Source: Lophium mytilinum
Lineage: Eukaryota
Length of the DNA stretch: 64,000 nucleotides
Direction: 5' to 3'
Assembly (NCBI GenBank): GCA_010093605.1
Contig: MU004194.1
Location: forward strand, 1,340,323-1,404,322
The position numbers and the translations under genes are program-made. Of this stretch, positions 11,885 to 24,882 are shown piece after piece (positions within the stretch are counted from its first letter, which is position 1; every line of letters begins with the position of its first letter). The notes below the pieces were generated by a model. It saw nothing but the letters and a program-made list of their open reading frames with translations. It searched no databases and was not told the origin of the DNA.

Positions 11885-13282
11885 TTAGACCTGCTGGGCG
11901 AAGCCGAGCTTGGGGGTGCTGGCGCCGTTGAAGACGACGTACTGGCTCTTGAGGAAGATGTCGCCGAAGATGGACTGTCCAATGTCGGAGTCGTCCTGGA
12001 TGCCGCCGAAGCAGGTCGAGGATCCGTCGCTGATGGGAGCGTAGTTGATGTACTTGCCGGGGATGGTGTGCTTGGTGCCTCCGATGATGGCGGTCCAGTC
12101 AGGCAGAGTGGCGGAGCAGGGGAAGGTGTAGCCACCCTGGGTAGAGTCGAGCTTGGCGCCGCTGACTTCCTTGTAATAGGCCTTGACGGCAGCGAGGGGG
12201 ATGTAGAGCAGGGTGGTTCCGGTGTCGGCAATGGCATCGATGGAGGTGGACGACTGGGTGCCGTTGCCAACGATGTAGCCGGACGCGGTGAAGCCCCAGA
12301 AGCCTTGGGAGCTGTCGACATCGACGTAGGTGACGGCGCCGGAGAACTTGCTGGTGTCGATGAAGCCGAAGTCGTAGGTACCGGCCGCGTGGTACTTCAG
12401 GTCGACACCGAAGAGGGGCTTAGCGAGGGTAGACTTGACGGTGTCGAAGAAGGTGGTCTGAGCCTTGGGCTTGACGGTGTTGATGCTGCTGAAGGACAGG
12501 CCAAGAAGACCGTCGTTGTTCGTGTCCTGCTGGAACTGGGTCGAGATGGAGGTAGCCGCCTCAACAGCCTGGGAAGTGGCAGTCACACCGCCAACAACGA
12601 CCTTGTCGGCGTACACCTTGCCAGCAGCGCCTGATCCATCTCCGTAAGAGATCTTCCAGGTGTAGCCCGACTTGACCTTGGAGCTCGATGCCTGGTAGAC
12701 GGCATGGCCGGCTGTCTGCGAGCTGGGCTGCAGCGAAGAGAAGACCCAGCTGGGAGTTTGTCAGCAAATTATTTCTAGAAGATGGATGCCACCATGTCTG
12801 CCGAACATGGCGATCTTGGTGTGAGGGTTGGGTGCTCATAAACATCCCGTTCACGTGGACGTCATGCCAAGAAGGCGTGAAGAACTTATGCAGGGGTTGG
12901 ATATCGCTTCGATAGCGTCCGCGGCGCCGTGGTTGTGATTGGGTGGGCGAAATGAGACTTACAGATCAGCACTTCCAGTATCGAAGTCCAATTCCATTGT
13001 CGTGCCGCCGACATCAACGGGGCAAAGGTACGACGAATCGTACTCGTCCGAGGGCGAAGCAGCCACGCTGCCCTGCGCAGCAGCAGCAGCGGCAATGTTC
13101 GCAGGCACTGCCTTGCCGTACTTCAAGTAGGTCGAGGCGACGCTGGCAGCACCGTTCCTGATGAACTTGCCCTTTTCGACCTGCTCAACAGTGAACGCCT
13201 TGCGCTTCTCGAGCGAGACGGGGGAGGCGGCGACGAGGCCTACAGCGGCCACCAGAGCCGTAAGGGAAGCGAAAGAAGGCAT
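11885..13282 (-). CDS. Secreted A1 aspartic protease (aspergillopepsin/penicillopepsin-like); exons 13282-12963 and 12749-11885
   Basis: Signal peptide, propeptide, two catalytic motifs ([10 protein letters not shown] across the intron; IADTGTTLL), [14 protein letters not shown]. Confidence 0.95.
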
Positions 13283-16137
13283 AATGAATGAGACTTGAAT
13301 GCAAATATGAGTGAGTGAGTGTATAGGCTTGGTGGTCCTGGAAGTGGTCGGCTGCGGATGTCTTCCAGAGAGTCGAGGTACGGCCGGGCTTTATAGCAAT
13401 CGAAGCAGAGCGCAAGTCCCATTCACCTGTCCCCCGCAGTGGCATAGCGCATGGCGACGCCTCCCGTCTGGGCACTCGGCAGGCAGATCGTGAGAGCAAT
13501 CAAATGCAGTGTCCACTCACTGGCGGGTCCGTGTCGATTGGCACGCCACGGGTTGCCTCAAGGCCGGGTGTAAGGTTGCTGGAGGCCGCGAGCAGTTTAG
13601 AAACATTCTGGATACCTTCTAGATCGGGTCCTGTCTCCGCCTAACAGGGCGCTGCAGGTCATGGAGGGTTGATGGACAAGTGCATGAAACGGCGCCGAGC
13701 AAGGAAACCGTAGGGACGCAGCGGGAGGCTGAGTAGGCCGACTTGGCCATGGCGCCATCCACGCTGGGCAGGACGCCATGGTGGTATCATTGGCCTTCCT
13801 TTTAATGATACTGTGACGCTGTGAGGATCGCATAGACCGGCAGTCTCCGAGTGTTTCAGCAACCACATTTGAAAACAGGCCGCCAATCAACGCCGCACAG
13901 TCACATAGGCATTGGAGAGCAGACAAATGAAGGAGATTGACCACCTAGCGGCAGTGTTTATGGGCCGCACCGCCCGCCCGGAGGACCAAACTCTCTCGGA
14001 TATCTGCTGTACATGCAACAGTGAAGGGCCGCCGCCTGGACCGCCGCCCTGCTCGGGGAGATGCATCGTCAACCCCCCTTTCGGCTTGGCAACGGCGATC
14101 TGTGTCCAGCGGAGAGAGCTGAGCAGCACTGGGGTCGTCCGCGGCATCGGCGCCAAGACGATAAGCTTCATCTCAAGCTCATACCTAGCGAGCCGTTATG
14201 GGGTGCGTCGCCGGTAGATGCAAGCCCCAGAAACGCCTTATAGTAGTCCAGCATCATGACTACCCAAAAGCGTCGACAAACCTGCTTCTTTGCACGGCAG
14301 CAGCATCAGAAGGACTGATAGGGCGCACAGGAAGGAAGCCAAGCAGCTCCAAGGCGCCTCGCGCCATCGTCGCAATAGGGCAGGTGGCGATGGTGTTCTT
14401 CGGTGATGCCAGTGGTCAGAAGGTGTTTTGATTAAATCGCCGAGGTGGCCAACCCATGTTCCTGGCCCGGCATCTGGCAGCACGCAGCACAATGCTTAAT
14501 CGGCCCTGCCAGCACGGGAGCACGGGCGGCCGGGGCACGCGATAACGCTGGAGGCCCGCGGGGTGGTCCATGGTAGTCCACGGTGGTGCAGTGAAGGACC
14601 GACCGTGGCGAGCTTGTTTCGAGCGTCTGGAAACGTCCCTTGGTCCTCGCGAGTAGGGCGGCTGCTAACGGCGCACTCTAATTCGATGGCCGATTGGGTT
14701 GGGAGATCACCCGCGCCCCGTGATGAGCGTGCAGAGCTGTCGACACAGCCATTCACGAGCTACAGAAGGGGTCGTCGTTGAAGCGCTCCAGGGCCGAATA
14801 GCGGGCTTCCGTTTCGGGAGTGCTAGGCGAGTCCGGTATCAGACGTCCCCTGAGCGATCGTCACGACACCACCACACCTTTGCATTCAAGCTTCGAGCTT
14901 CCTCTCACGACAAGACGCTACTCTGTTGCTTCTTCGCCGACAAGCCTTCTGTGCAGCCACCGACGCACTGGATCCTGCGCATGCACTACTGCGCCGGCTT
15001 GCGAAGATACGAGGCAGACCACTTGGGAGAGAATGCAGCAGGTAGCCACGTAGCATGCACCTGATCACTCCATTGTTCTAGAGATCGGTATCCTAGTGCG
15101 CGTCACCCGTACCCCGTGGCGATAGCCGCAGCGTTGAAATCAGTGCCGCAGGTGGAACAACGACGCGCCGGTACTGCTGTGGATTCGCCTCTTCCGAGTT
15201 TATCAAAGCAAGCAAGCACTGTGGTACCAAGCAAGTATCCTTCTCCTGGAGACAGACTTTGTGATTTGAGACCGGCGAGTCCGATTTGTCTACGCGCTGA
15301 ACAGTACTGGGTCACCTTGTCTGGAGTGGCATGGATGTTAAGCAGATTGAGGTATGGGACTACGGTTGACAGCATCGAATAGCATGCCTGTCGGCGTCTT
15401 TCGCATTGTGTAACACGGTCCCGAGCTTCCGAGCCAACCCCACAGTATATCACAATGTCGTGCTTGAATAGAGCAGCTCGAAACAAGCAAGTAATCTCCA
15501 TACTTCAACTTCAACCAACGCGATGCAGACTCCTCGGAGAAGCTGAGATATTAGGAATCGGGAGGATTACTCCCCGTACCGCATGCCACTCGTTCCAAGT
15601 TGGAGTTAAGTAGAGGGCAATTAATGGCCTCTCTCAGACTAACGAAGGATCTCTCGGTAGTTGAATGCAAGTCCTCAATTGCCCGGTCAGAGGCAGGGCC
15701 ATGCTGGGGTAGTCACATTCCTCTTCGAGCTTTCAGCCCCGATGCGTTTAGCAAGATCTACAAGTCCAAAAGCTTCTTCGTATCATCATAGCGACTCAGC
15801 AGAGCTTCGAATTGACATATGCAGGCCAGCACTGGTAGCGGCCCCAGATCCTATGAGCACCTGCACTTTATGGAAGCTTTCGAAGCTTTCTGCATAATGA
15901 CGCGACTTCGCCGGCGCATGCGGTATGCCCATGCCGCCGTGAACGACCTATACAGCTCCGTGAGCACACGCCTCATCAGCGACCTGGTCGAGGCGTTCGG
16001 ATCCTACGGAGGCTACCGGGCGCCCGTATGCATAGCCATCCTACAGTACTAGCACCGTGCACATCCTACGGTGTAAGCGTATAGGACAAGCGAAACTGGG
16101 CTCATATGCTATTTTCTGCTAGATGACTATCGTGCGC

Positions 16138-18559
16138 CTATCGCCCCACGGGTCGCCCCGTAGTTCCTTCGACGGCAACTCGGAGCTCTTGCAGCGCAGC
16201 CTCGTACGTAGCTCGCTTCTCCTCGTTCAGCGTCTCTGCATCCACAATAGCCCTGTCTACCTTCTGCGCTCTCCTGATCGCCGACGTTCTTGCAATATCG
16301 TTCCAGAACCACCTTCCCTCCGTCTTCGTGAAAAATGTCCAAGACTGGCCATCTTTTCCGGCTCTTGCTGTCCGTCCTACGCGGTGGACGTAGTCAGTAA
16401 CGCTTCGAGGAAGGTCGTAGTTCACAATGTGTTCAAGGTCAGGTACATCCAGGCCTCTGGAAGCTCGATCCGAGGCTATCAATACTTGTATCTTGCCCGT
16501 CGCGAAAGCAGCAAGCGTCTTCTGACCAGATTTAGTCGCTGCTGATTTCGTGAGTGTTCCTAGTTTGTTCTTGAGTGGTGGGTGCAGAGTAGCGAGGAGA
16601 TGGGACAGTCGAGCTGCATTCTCATTGTTGTTTGTAAAGACCAACACTCGCGATGAGACGTCCGCTTGCTTCTTGGGTGTTGCTTTTGAGCGATATTGTG
16701 GGTTTGGCATCTTCAGCTTCTTGGCGTCAAGTTCAGACTCGTCGGACTCAACTTCCGAAGAAGAATCGTCCGAAGAATCTGACACAGAGGAAACAGAGTC
16801 CGAATCGGAGCTGTCCGAGTCAGACGAAGATGATGAGGATGCCGAAGACTCCGTATCTAGATCCACGCTTTCATCCGCAACGGTTGACGTGTCTGCCTTC
16901 CTTGATTCCAGTTGTGACAGTATTTTCGTGTGTAGAAGTTTGAGCAGATATAGGGGCTTATCTAGCCCAGTGCCCACGGGCACTGCCCACTCCTTCAGGG
17001 TTGGGGGCAGTTCGAACGATTCTCCGTCTCCAATTATATCAGTGCCAGGGGCAGAGGAGTGAAAGTTCTGGTCCTCATTCTCGACAATTACCATCTTAGG
17101 TCTTCGAAACTTTAGAGAGCCTAGCTTGCTGAGGTCCTTGGTCATCGTCGCACTCAGAACGACTTTAGTCAAGTGTCTCTCCGGGTTCAGCCATGGATTC
17201 CTCGATATGATTTTCCTGCGCGCGACGGCCTGTTCGGAGGTGCTTTCTAGATCCAGAGCTTTCATCAAAACGTCAACCCATTCTTGAAAGCTATCGTCGA
17301 GGAGGCGATCTGCCTCGTCTACGACTAGCCATCGAATATCTGAGAGACTGAAACCGGTTGTTGACTGGATGTGCTCAACGAGGCGACCAGGCGTGCAAAT
17401 CAGAATGTCGACATTGGATTCATAATGCGGTACATGACCTGGTGGCATATGCATCAAGTCCCCCATGATACCACCTCTTTCAACGAATCCCGTGCGCAAC
17501 TGCTCATTGGCCTTGTTGTGCAGTAATCGAGCTGCCTCAGGGTCGAACCTCTTATCTTTCTTCACTAAAAGCTTTTGTTCCACAGGAAAGGATATGTTAC
17601 CAACGGCGGTCCCAACTTTGATCTTCGTGCCTGCTGTGACTTGCTCTGCAACCACTCGTGCTTGGGTAACTAACTCTCTTGTCGGAACGACGATCAACCC
17701 CGAGAGCTTTGAAAGAACCCTGCCTTGTAGTCCCTCAACCATTGGGAGAATGTATGCCAGTGTTTTCCCCGAACCGGTCGCAGCTGAGACGCATATATCT
17801 CCGAAATGCTGGTTTAGGCCTGGTAATAACATTGGAATAACTGCGGACTGTACGGCCAGCGCTTCTTTGTATCCCTTTTTCTCCAGCTGCTCGACTAGCC
17901 TGCCTTCTAATCCCAGGTCTGCAAACGGTACCTTGGCCGAGGAAGACACTATCGTGGGCTTCGCAAGCCATGGTGGCAGAGCCGAGAAGGTCGGGTGATA
18001 TTCAGGTTCCGGGACAGGTTCAGGCTGTGGTAAGGGAGTCAACCCTAGAGGTTTATATTAGAATATGAGTCCAATGTATAAAAGTGCAATTACACCTACC
18101 ATGCAATTCAGTTGTCGTATCTGTGATTTCTTCCGCTGGGACCTCGATTGCGCTCTCTCGTGCAGCTCCGGCTAGCTTGGACGCCTTTTCGAATTTCGAA
18201 AGCACGTTCTTGTGCTTCTTTAGCTTCGTGTCGTCACCTTCGATGTCTTGGGGCTTCTCTTCCCGCTCCCGTTTCCGCTTCTTGGGCTGATTTTTACTTC
18301 GCTGCTCCTTCTTTCCAGAAAATTCCTCCGGCTTAGGAGTCTCTGGTATGGAAGGTATTGGAACATTATCCTCTTGCTCTTCTAGCCGGTATTTTGTCTC
18401 TCGTTTGCGCTTCTTCGGTTGGTCCTTGCTTCGCTGCTTCGTTTTCTCTACGCTTTTCTTCGCATGTGAAGTTTCTGGTGCAGGAAGCGGCGCGCTCGCT
18501 GGTTCCTTCGTACCTTTAGCTTTCTGAGGAATGTACCGCGCGTACATCGGGGTGGCCAT
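16138..18559 (-). CDS. DBP6: DEAD-box RNA helicase Dbp6/DDX51 (60S biogenesis); exons 18559-18100 and 18044-16138
   Basis: N-terminal YARYIP, AATGSGKTLAY, PTRELV, TPGRLVEH, DEAD, SAT, SRGLD, YVHRVGRTARAG. Confidence 0.9.
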
Positions 18560-18779
18560 TTTATAGGCCTGCGAATCGAAGAAAGACGTGGGAGACTTCG
18601 GAAAAAATTCCTGGGGTCGAGCTTTGGCGGGCAGCGGTTCACCTCCGCGCGCTCCGACCTCAACACCACGCGGCGATCCCCACGTTAACCCATCGCAAGC
18701 TTCTCCGCCAACTACGACGAAATCGCGATGCATTGTGGGTTGCTGAACGGTCCAAGTGTGACCGTCAGGGCGATCCGAG
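18560..18779. promoter_or_regulatory. Short divergent promoter between DBP6 and GPI3, with an RRPE-like GAAAAAATT element at ~18601
   Basis: Only 220 bp separate the two ATGs; the A/T element resembles the rRNA-processing element found at ribosome-biogenesis genes. Confidence 0.5.
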
Positions 18780-20527
18780 ATGCCTTACAATATTGCGTAT
18801 GCTTCCCTACAAGTGTCCTTGCAAGTCTAATTACTGACGCGCATGCAGCATGTGCAGTGACTGCTTCTTCCCCCAGCCAGGTATTGACTCATACACTCGC
18901 TATTCCTGGAAGCTCTAACCTTTTTTAAGGAGGAGTCGAAAGCCATATCTACCAACTGTCCTCCGTATGCGCGGCGACATAGCTCCCTAAACCTCGCAGC
19001 TAACCTCTCATCCAGAAACTCATAGATCGTGGCCACAAAGTAGTAATAATAACGCATGCATACGATGGGCGCACCGGAGTCAGATACCTCACCAACGGCA
19101 TCAAAGTCTACCACGTTCCCTTCCTCGTGATATACCGAGAAACGACCTTCCCCACCGTCTTCTCCTTCTTCCCAATATTTCGGAATATTATAATACGGGA
19201 GCAGATTGAAATAGTGCATGGACATGCTAGTCTCAGCAGTATTTGCCATGAGTCTATCATACATGCGCGAACTATGGGTCTTCGGACCGTGTTCACGGAT
19301 CATTCTCTATTTGGATTTGCGGATGCAGCTAGTATCCTGACGAACAAGCTGCTGAAGTTTACCCTAAGTGACGTGGACCATGTTATCTGTGTTAGCCATA
19401 CATGGTGAGTAGGCTCGAACTGCTCTTTCACAGCAACTAACAGTGGCATCAGTAAAGAGAACACAGTCCTCAGAGCCTCCCTCGACCCTCTCATGGTCTC
19501 CGTAATCCCCAATGCGGTCGTGGCAGAGAACTTCCGCCCTCTCATCCTGCCTTCCGACGACACTGCATCACCGACTGATCCACATTCACGTGGTACTCCA
19601 GCCGCACGCCGTCTGGGACCCAACGAGACCATAACGATCGTCGTAGTATCGCGCCTCTTCTACAACAAAGGCACCGACCTCCTCATAGCAGCCATCCCTC
19701 GCATTCTCGCCTCCCACCCCAACGTCCGTTTCATAATCGCCGGCTCAGGCCCTAAGGCGATCGACCTAGAACAAATGATCGAGCGAAACGTCCTCCAAGA
19801 CCGCGTCTCCCTCCTCGGCCCAGCCCGCCACGAAGAAGTGCGCGACGTGATGGTGCAAGGGCACATCTACCTGCACCCCTCCCTAACCGAAGCCTTCGGC
19901 ACCGTCATCGTCGAAGCCGCCTCCTGCGGCCTGTACGTCGTCTGCACCCGCGTCGGGGGCATCCCCGAAGTCCTGCCCGGGCACATGACCGAGTTCGCGA
20001 AGCCAGAGGAAGACGACATCGTCGCGGCGACGGGCCGCGCCATCTCCAAGCTCCGCGCCGGCCGCATCCCCACCGAGCTCTTCCACAACCAGGTCAAGCA
20101 GTTCTACTCCTGGACCGATGTCGCGCAGCGCACGGAGCGCGTCTACGACGGCATCAGCGGCGTCTTGCCCCACGACGAGTTCTACCCCGGCACAGGTGCG
20201 GGTGCGGCTGGGTGGAGCGCGACTCGCGGCCGGGCGGGGGTGCAGAGCTTTGCGCTCATCGAGCGGCTGAAGCGCTACTATGGCTGTGGCATTTGGGCGG
20301 GCAAGCTCTTCTGTTTGTGCGTGCTTGTCGATTACCTCCTCTTCGTGTTTTTGGAGGTTTTTGCGCCGCGTTCGCGGATTGATCTTGCGAGGAACTGGCC
20401 AAAGAAGCAGGAGGAAAAGGGGTTGGATGAGGTGGATGCAGGGATGGGGGTAGGGAAGGAGAGTGGAGGGATCGGGAGGAAACGGAGTGCAAGACATAGA
20501 GATAGAGAGAAGAGGAGAGACGTTTGA
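18780..20527 (+). CDS. SPT14: GPI-GlcNAc transferase catalytic subunit (PIG-A/Gpi3/Spt14); exons 18780-18796, 18849-18880, 18930-18964, 19016-19404, 19453-20527
   Basis: Spliced N-terminus [49 protein letters not shown]4 motif [18 protein letters not shown]-terminal TM segment. Confidence 0.95.
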
Positions 20528-21107
20528 ATACATGTCCTTTAGCTTCCCTGTCGATACTTGGATCGGGCGTGAAAAATAACGGGGCCACTTGCTCTGAGGA
20601 CAGTAGGCTCTTGACTGTTAAGCCGGCAGGTAGTCCTCGAACTCCAGCAGACGTCTTCATCGCCTCGAGCTCCCTCCCCCTTGCGTATCCGAATGAAGCA
20701 GGTCTTGGCACCTGGAAAAGTGTGGAGTGTTGGCCATGTGAAGGGTTTCTAGGTGCCTCGAAACATACGGATGACGCTCATGGCCTGATCTGAGGGTCAG
20801 TGCACAGGGATTGCGATTTTGGGCTAGATCTAGCATAGGATTGTCAGAGGTCGTGAATCGGCCATCTTGTTGCGATTCGAGAGTAGACCCTAGGGTACTT
20901 CAATAAGGTGAACTTCTTGGAATAACCATCTTTCACAACTGGAAACCCCGAAGTTGTGGCCATAAGCAATAGGTTGGCTGCATAATATGGGGCTGTTGAT
21001 CTTGAATATACATGTTTTCCTTGCGAAAATCACGCAATGATAGTTTTCTACTATGAAACTATAGTAGCTATATACTCTGGTTTATTCCATCCCTTCCAGA
21101 CCGCCCC

Positions 21108-24100
21108 TCACATCACTCGCTCAACAGTCGGCCCTAGTTCTTCCGCTCGATCAATCAAATCCTCACTCGTCTTCAAGTTCTGGGCACCGCTCAGCGCCTT
21201 ATTAATAGAAGTCTCGCTACGCTCTCTGACCAACCGCCGTAGCGCATTGATCAAGAAGCCAGAGAAGATCTCAATGGACCACGAGTCCGGAATCATGCTT
21301 AGCACCTAGACACCGCATTAGCAATGAACAGCAGAGAAATCTTGTGTTCAACGGATCGGAGTCAGACTTACGGTTGCGACATCAAACCACCCCCCAAATC
21401 TTTCCAGCAACTCACCCGTCCTCTCAATCCTCTCGCTCAGATCCTCGATCCTCAAAAACTCATGCAGTAGAAACCCGAAAAGCCGTGCCTGCTCTTCTCG
21501 TGATGGAATGGCTTCTTGGGGCACGAAACCGGACGGTGGCCGGAATATGCTTGAGCCACCGAGAAGACAGTAGCTGATGGCCGTATCGAAGTCGCCGAGG
21601 CCATGGGTCAGCAACCTGATCGCCTCCTCGTGACGGCCTTGGCGGCCGTTGAGAATGATCATCTCCGGGACGAGCTCCTGTTCGTAGGGTTCGAGCCGGG
21701 AGAGGATAGTGGGAACGTCGTAGGACGAGGCAGCGCCCTGGTTGCTGCCAAGGAGTTGGAGGAGACGGAGACGCGAGTTCCACCATTCTTTGCCGATGGA
21801 GTTCTCGGTGACGAAATGGCGATACGTAGGCTTTGGGGGTGTAAGGGCGCGGTACGTTTCGTATGTTTGCAGCAATGTTGCTCGTGAGTCAGGAGAAGTC
21901 TCAAGCTCGGTGATGACGATGTCGAGGTAGAAGGCGATGAGGTCATTTACGTATTTCGTGTGCTGTAGAGTGATGTTAGTGTACACTCCGATAGTATAAT
22001 AGTCTGTACATACCTTCTTGCCGAAGACGAGATGCTCGAGATATTCTTTGACGGCACCTGGAGCCTTCTCCTTCAGCAAAGCAACAGCTCGATTAGGCTC
22101 GAATTTGACTCTGCTGTGGTCATCCGTAAAGACCTGGACTCCTAGCTTGGGGTTTCGATTCGCAAGATAAGAGCCGTACTCTTCAAACAGCGACTGGTCT
22201 CGGATCCTAGCCAAATATTTGCGCATCTCTTGCTCTCCATCAACGAACTCACCACCCTCGTCTGTTTCCCCTTCTAGTATGCGTTTCCAGGTGGCTAAAA
22301 CCTTGGTCGCTTTGGAAGAAGCCCTGCTATTGCTCTGATAGAGACGGCTCAGAACGTAGAGGCGCTTGAAATCTTCTAACAAAGCGACAGCTCTATCGAA
22401 GCACTCGACCTCTCTGTCTACAACATCGTTCAATTCTGATCGGATCGAGCCAGCAGTTGCGGGACCTTTTGGACTGTCTCGATCGAGAAGCAGCAGTATA
22501 TGTAGCAAAGCGGCATCTACCGTTTGGAAGACATGAGGGTCGTTAGTGACGCTTGCCATTCCTTTCCTTCGCTTCCAAGAGAAAAGAAAACGCTTTACAA
22601 GTTGAAGTAGATTGTCGCCAAAGGGTCCATTGACGGTAGCCGGCATCGCAGAGAGGTCATTTTGTGCTAGAAATTGCTCGACCAATGTAGTGAGCCCGCC
22701 CGAGATAGTGATGCCTTCAGGTCCTTCAACGACCTCTTTCTCAAGTATGGGAAGCAGAGCTAGTATTACTCTAGGGTCTACCTCTCCCTGTATCAGCGCA
22801 TCTTCTGTCGTTCTTTTCTCGCTTTCAAAGATGATGATGTTGGTTGTGCTTCGGAGAATGAGTTCCATAAACAAAAGAATTGAAGCCTTCTGTCGAATGT
22901 AGATTAAACCCAAATATTCCGACTCGCTTCGAGGTTCTTGCCCACGAATCTCGTTGAGTAAATGCTCAACTAGTTCACGGCTTGGTTGAATACGAACCCC
23001 ATCGCCATTTGGAGTATATTGCGCTTGCTCAAGCTGAGCGTCAAGCTTGATAACAAGAGGGCTTCGAACCACCCACCAAACCTGGTTGTCTGCCCAAAGT
23101 ACGATGTGGGTTTGTAGCTTCGATAGACGTTCTGTAAATTCAAAATCTGCTTGTTCTTGTGCAGTCCGTCTCCCCGTCCTGGAGACAGGTGCTTGCTTAG
23201 CGGGAGTGGAGCTGCCGGAGGCAACAGAAAGACTCAAACGTTTCACGGAAAGCTTCTCGCCAATCTCTGAGAGTACAATATCGTTAGGTGCAACAATGTT
23301 CCGAATGCCTAAAGGTGTCGCTGTATGCTTCCCGGGAACACTTGTCGCAGAGGAACCTGGAAGGAGGGCGACATCCAGCCACTCTTTATAAGCATGGCCT
23401 TCACCCAAGTCGACGTCCCAACGCTGAAGTTCCACTCCGTACTCTACGCCTTTTTCTCCGTCCCAATGCATCGTAGCGAGAATATAGCCCTCCTCCGCAT
23501 CTTGTTCAGGTCCCAGTGAGCTTGCCATATCGACGCCACTACCATCTACAACGAGCGCATCTGGATAGTTGCTAAACTCAATCGTGCCACGTACAAAATC
23601 TCCTTCCAAATTCACGAACATTCCGAAACCCGGCTCAGAAGGTATTGTGCCTCGTGTCAGCAGGAACTCGGACGGACTAGGGGAGACAACGTGTGGTTCG
23701 AGGGGAACAAATGGCTTTTCTACTTTAGCTGCAGTTTCTCCTGCAACCTCTGTCGGGGGAGGTGGCAAAGGTTTCTCGGGGGTCGGCGTGTGTGTTCTTG
23801 GAAGACTGGTCGTCCTCTCGGGGTGCGCTGGTCTCTCTCGTGAGCGACCAGCAGCAGGAGACTGCGTCCTCTGAAGTGACTCCGGAACATCGAATCCATA
23901 TCTTTGGCTTGTCGGTCGCCGTGGGCTTTCTGTGCGCGCACCAGAGCTAAATATGCCTAGACTCGTGCTTCTGCTATGGCCTCGCGTCTCCTCTTGTGGT
24001 TTTAGAGTCGCAGGCCGTGTACTCGCGGATGATACACTCCGAGAAACGTTATGTGATGGTGGTCCTGGAGGAATATCTTCAATCCCTCCCCCAACGTCCC

Positions 24101-24882
24101 CGCCATCCGGATCCAAGGAGGATATCGGGCAAAGGCCGATCTTCTGCTGGTTTTCGACATCCAGTAGCGCGTAGGAATGTGCATCTGCAACACATGCAAA
24201 GTCGTCCCTGCGGACAGATATTGGACAGCCTCCATACTCAATGGTTCTTAAGCTCCGTGGTCCTTCTTCGCTCACTCTTGCCAGCCTGATCCTGCTCCTC
24301 TGACATATCATTATAACGACGCCATCGTCGCTCGACCGGTCTTCGTAGTCCGCATTGAGGTCAACCCCTCCAACCCAGGTACATGATAGGGGCTTTGTAT
24401 TCGGAAAGGCCGGGGTGAGCTCCGGTAAAGAGTGGAAGGTGAGGGTATTGTTGCATAGAATGCACGCCTTGTCAACGCTAGGTAGAGGCAGTATCTGTTG
24501 AACTCCTGGTCCCGTCAAGGCGTGTGTGTTGGCGACTGGAAATCTCGACGCAAATATGGCTGTAGGTTCTCCAGACGGATCATTCGGTTCGGGAGGTATG
24601 AGGACATAGTGTATAATCTCTGCAGCCGATGTGCCAATGTATAGATTGCCATCTAGGATGCATGTTAGCTTCCAGAAGAGGACAAGAACAAGCTACAAGG
24701 GCTACGTCTGGTGAATGCTATGCTTTATACATACTCCATACTTCAACACAGGTTATCCTCACGTCTGCGGTCGGTCCATCTGCAGATAGTGGGATGTCGG
24801 AGACCAGCTTGCGGAGGATGTAGGAGCCATTCTGCGCCTGTGAAGAGAGGCGCAATTGGTCTGACGGTATTGCGGTCTCCAT
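21108..24882 (-). CDS. Vps39/Vam6/TGFBRAP1-like CNH-domain endosomal tethering protein; exons 24882-24735, 24652-22014, 21962-21372, 21305-21108
   Basis: CNH-like start (ITCVEVW-GNLYIGTS), ~1100-aa ORF, clathrin-repeat-like segments EYLEHLV and GRHEEAIRLL..LGD, C-terminal VLSMIPDSWSI. Confidence 0.8.

Noticed and set aside
11789..12634. 281-aa plus-strand ORF and 213-aa alternative-frame ORF over the aspartic protease
   Set aside because: Shadow ORFs caused by strong C-ending codon bias; the same applies to overlapping ORFs at 19883-20533, 45292-45987 and 48402-49419
12750..12962. Long (213-nt) protease intron with a small CCATGT/ACATGG hairpin
   Set aside because: A single short stem with no snoRNA boxes; within chance expectation
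15900..16050. CTGATGAG on the minus strand resembling a hammerhead ribozyme core
   Set aside because: No stem II closed by GAAA at the right distance and no flanking stems
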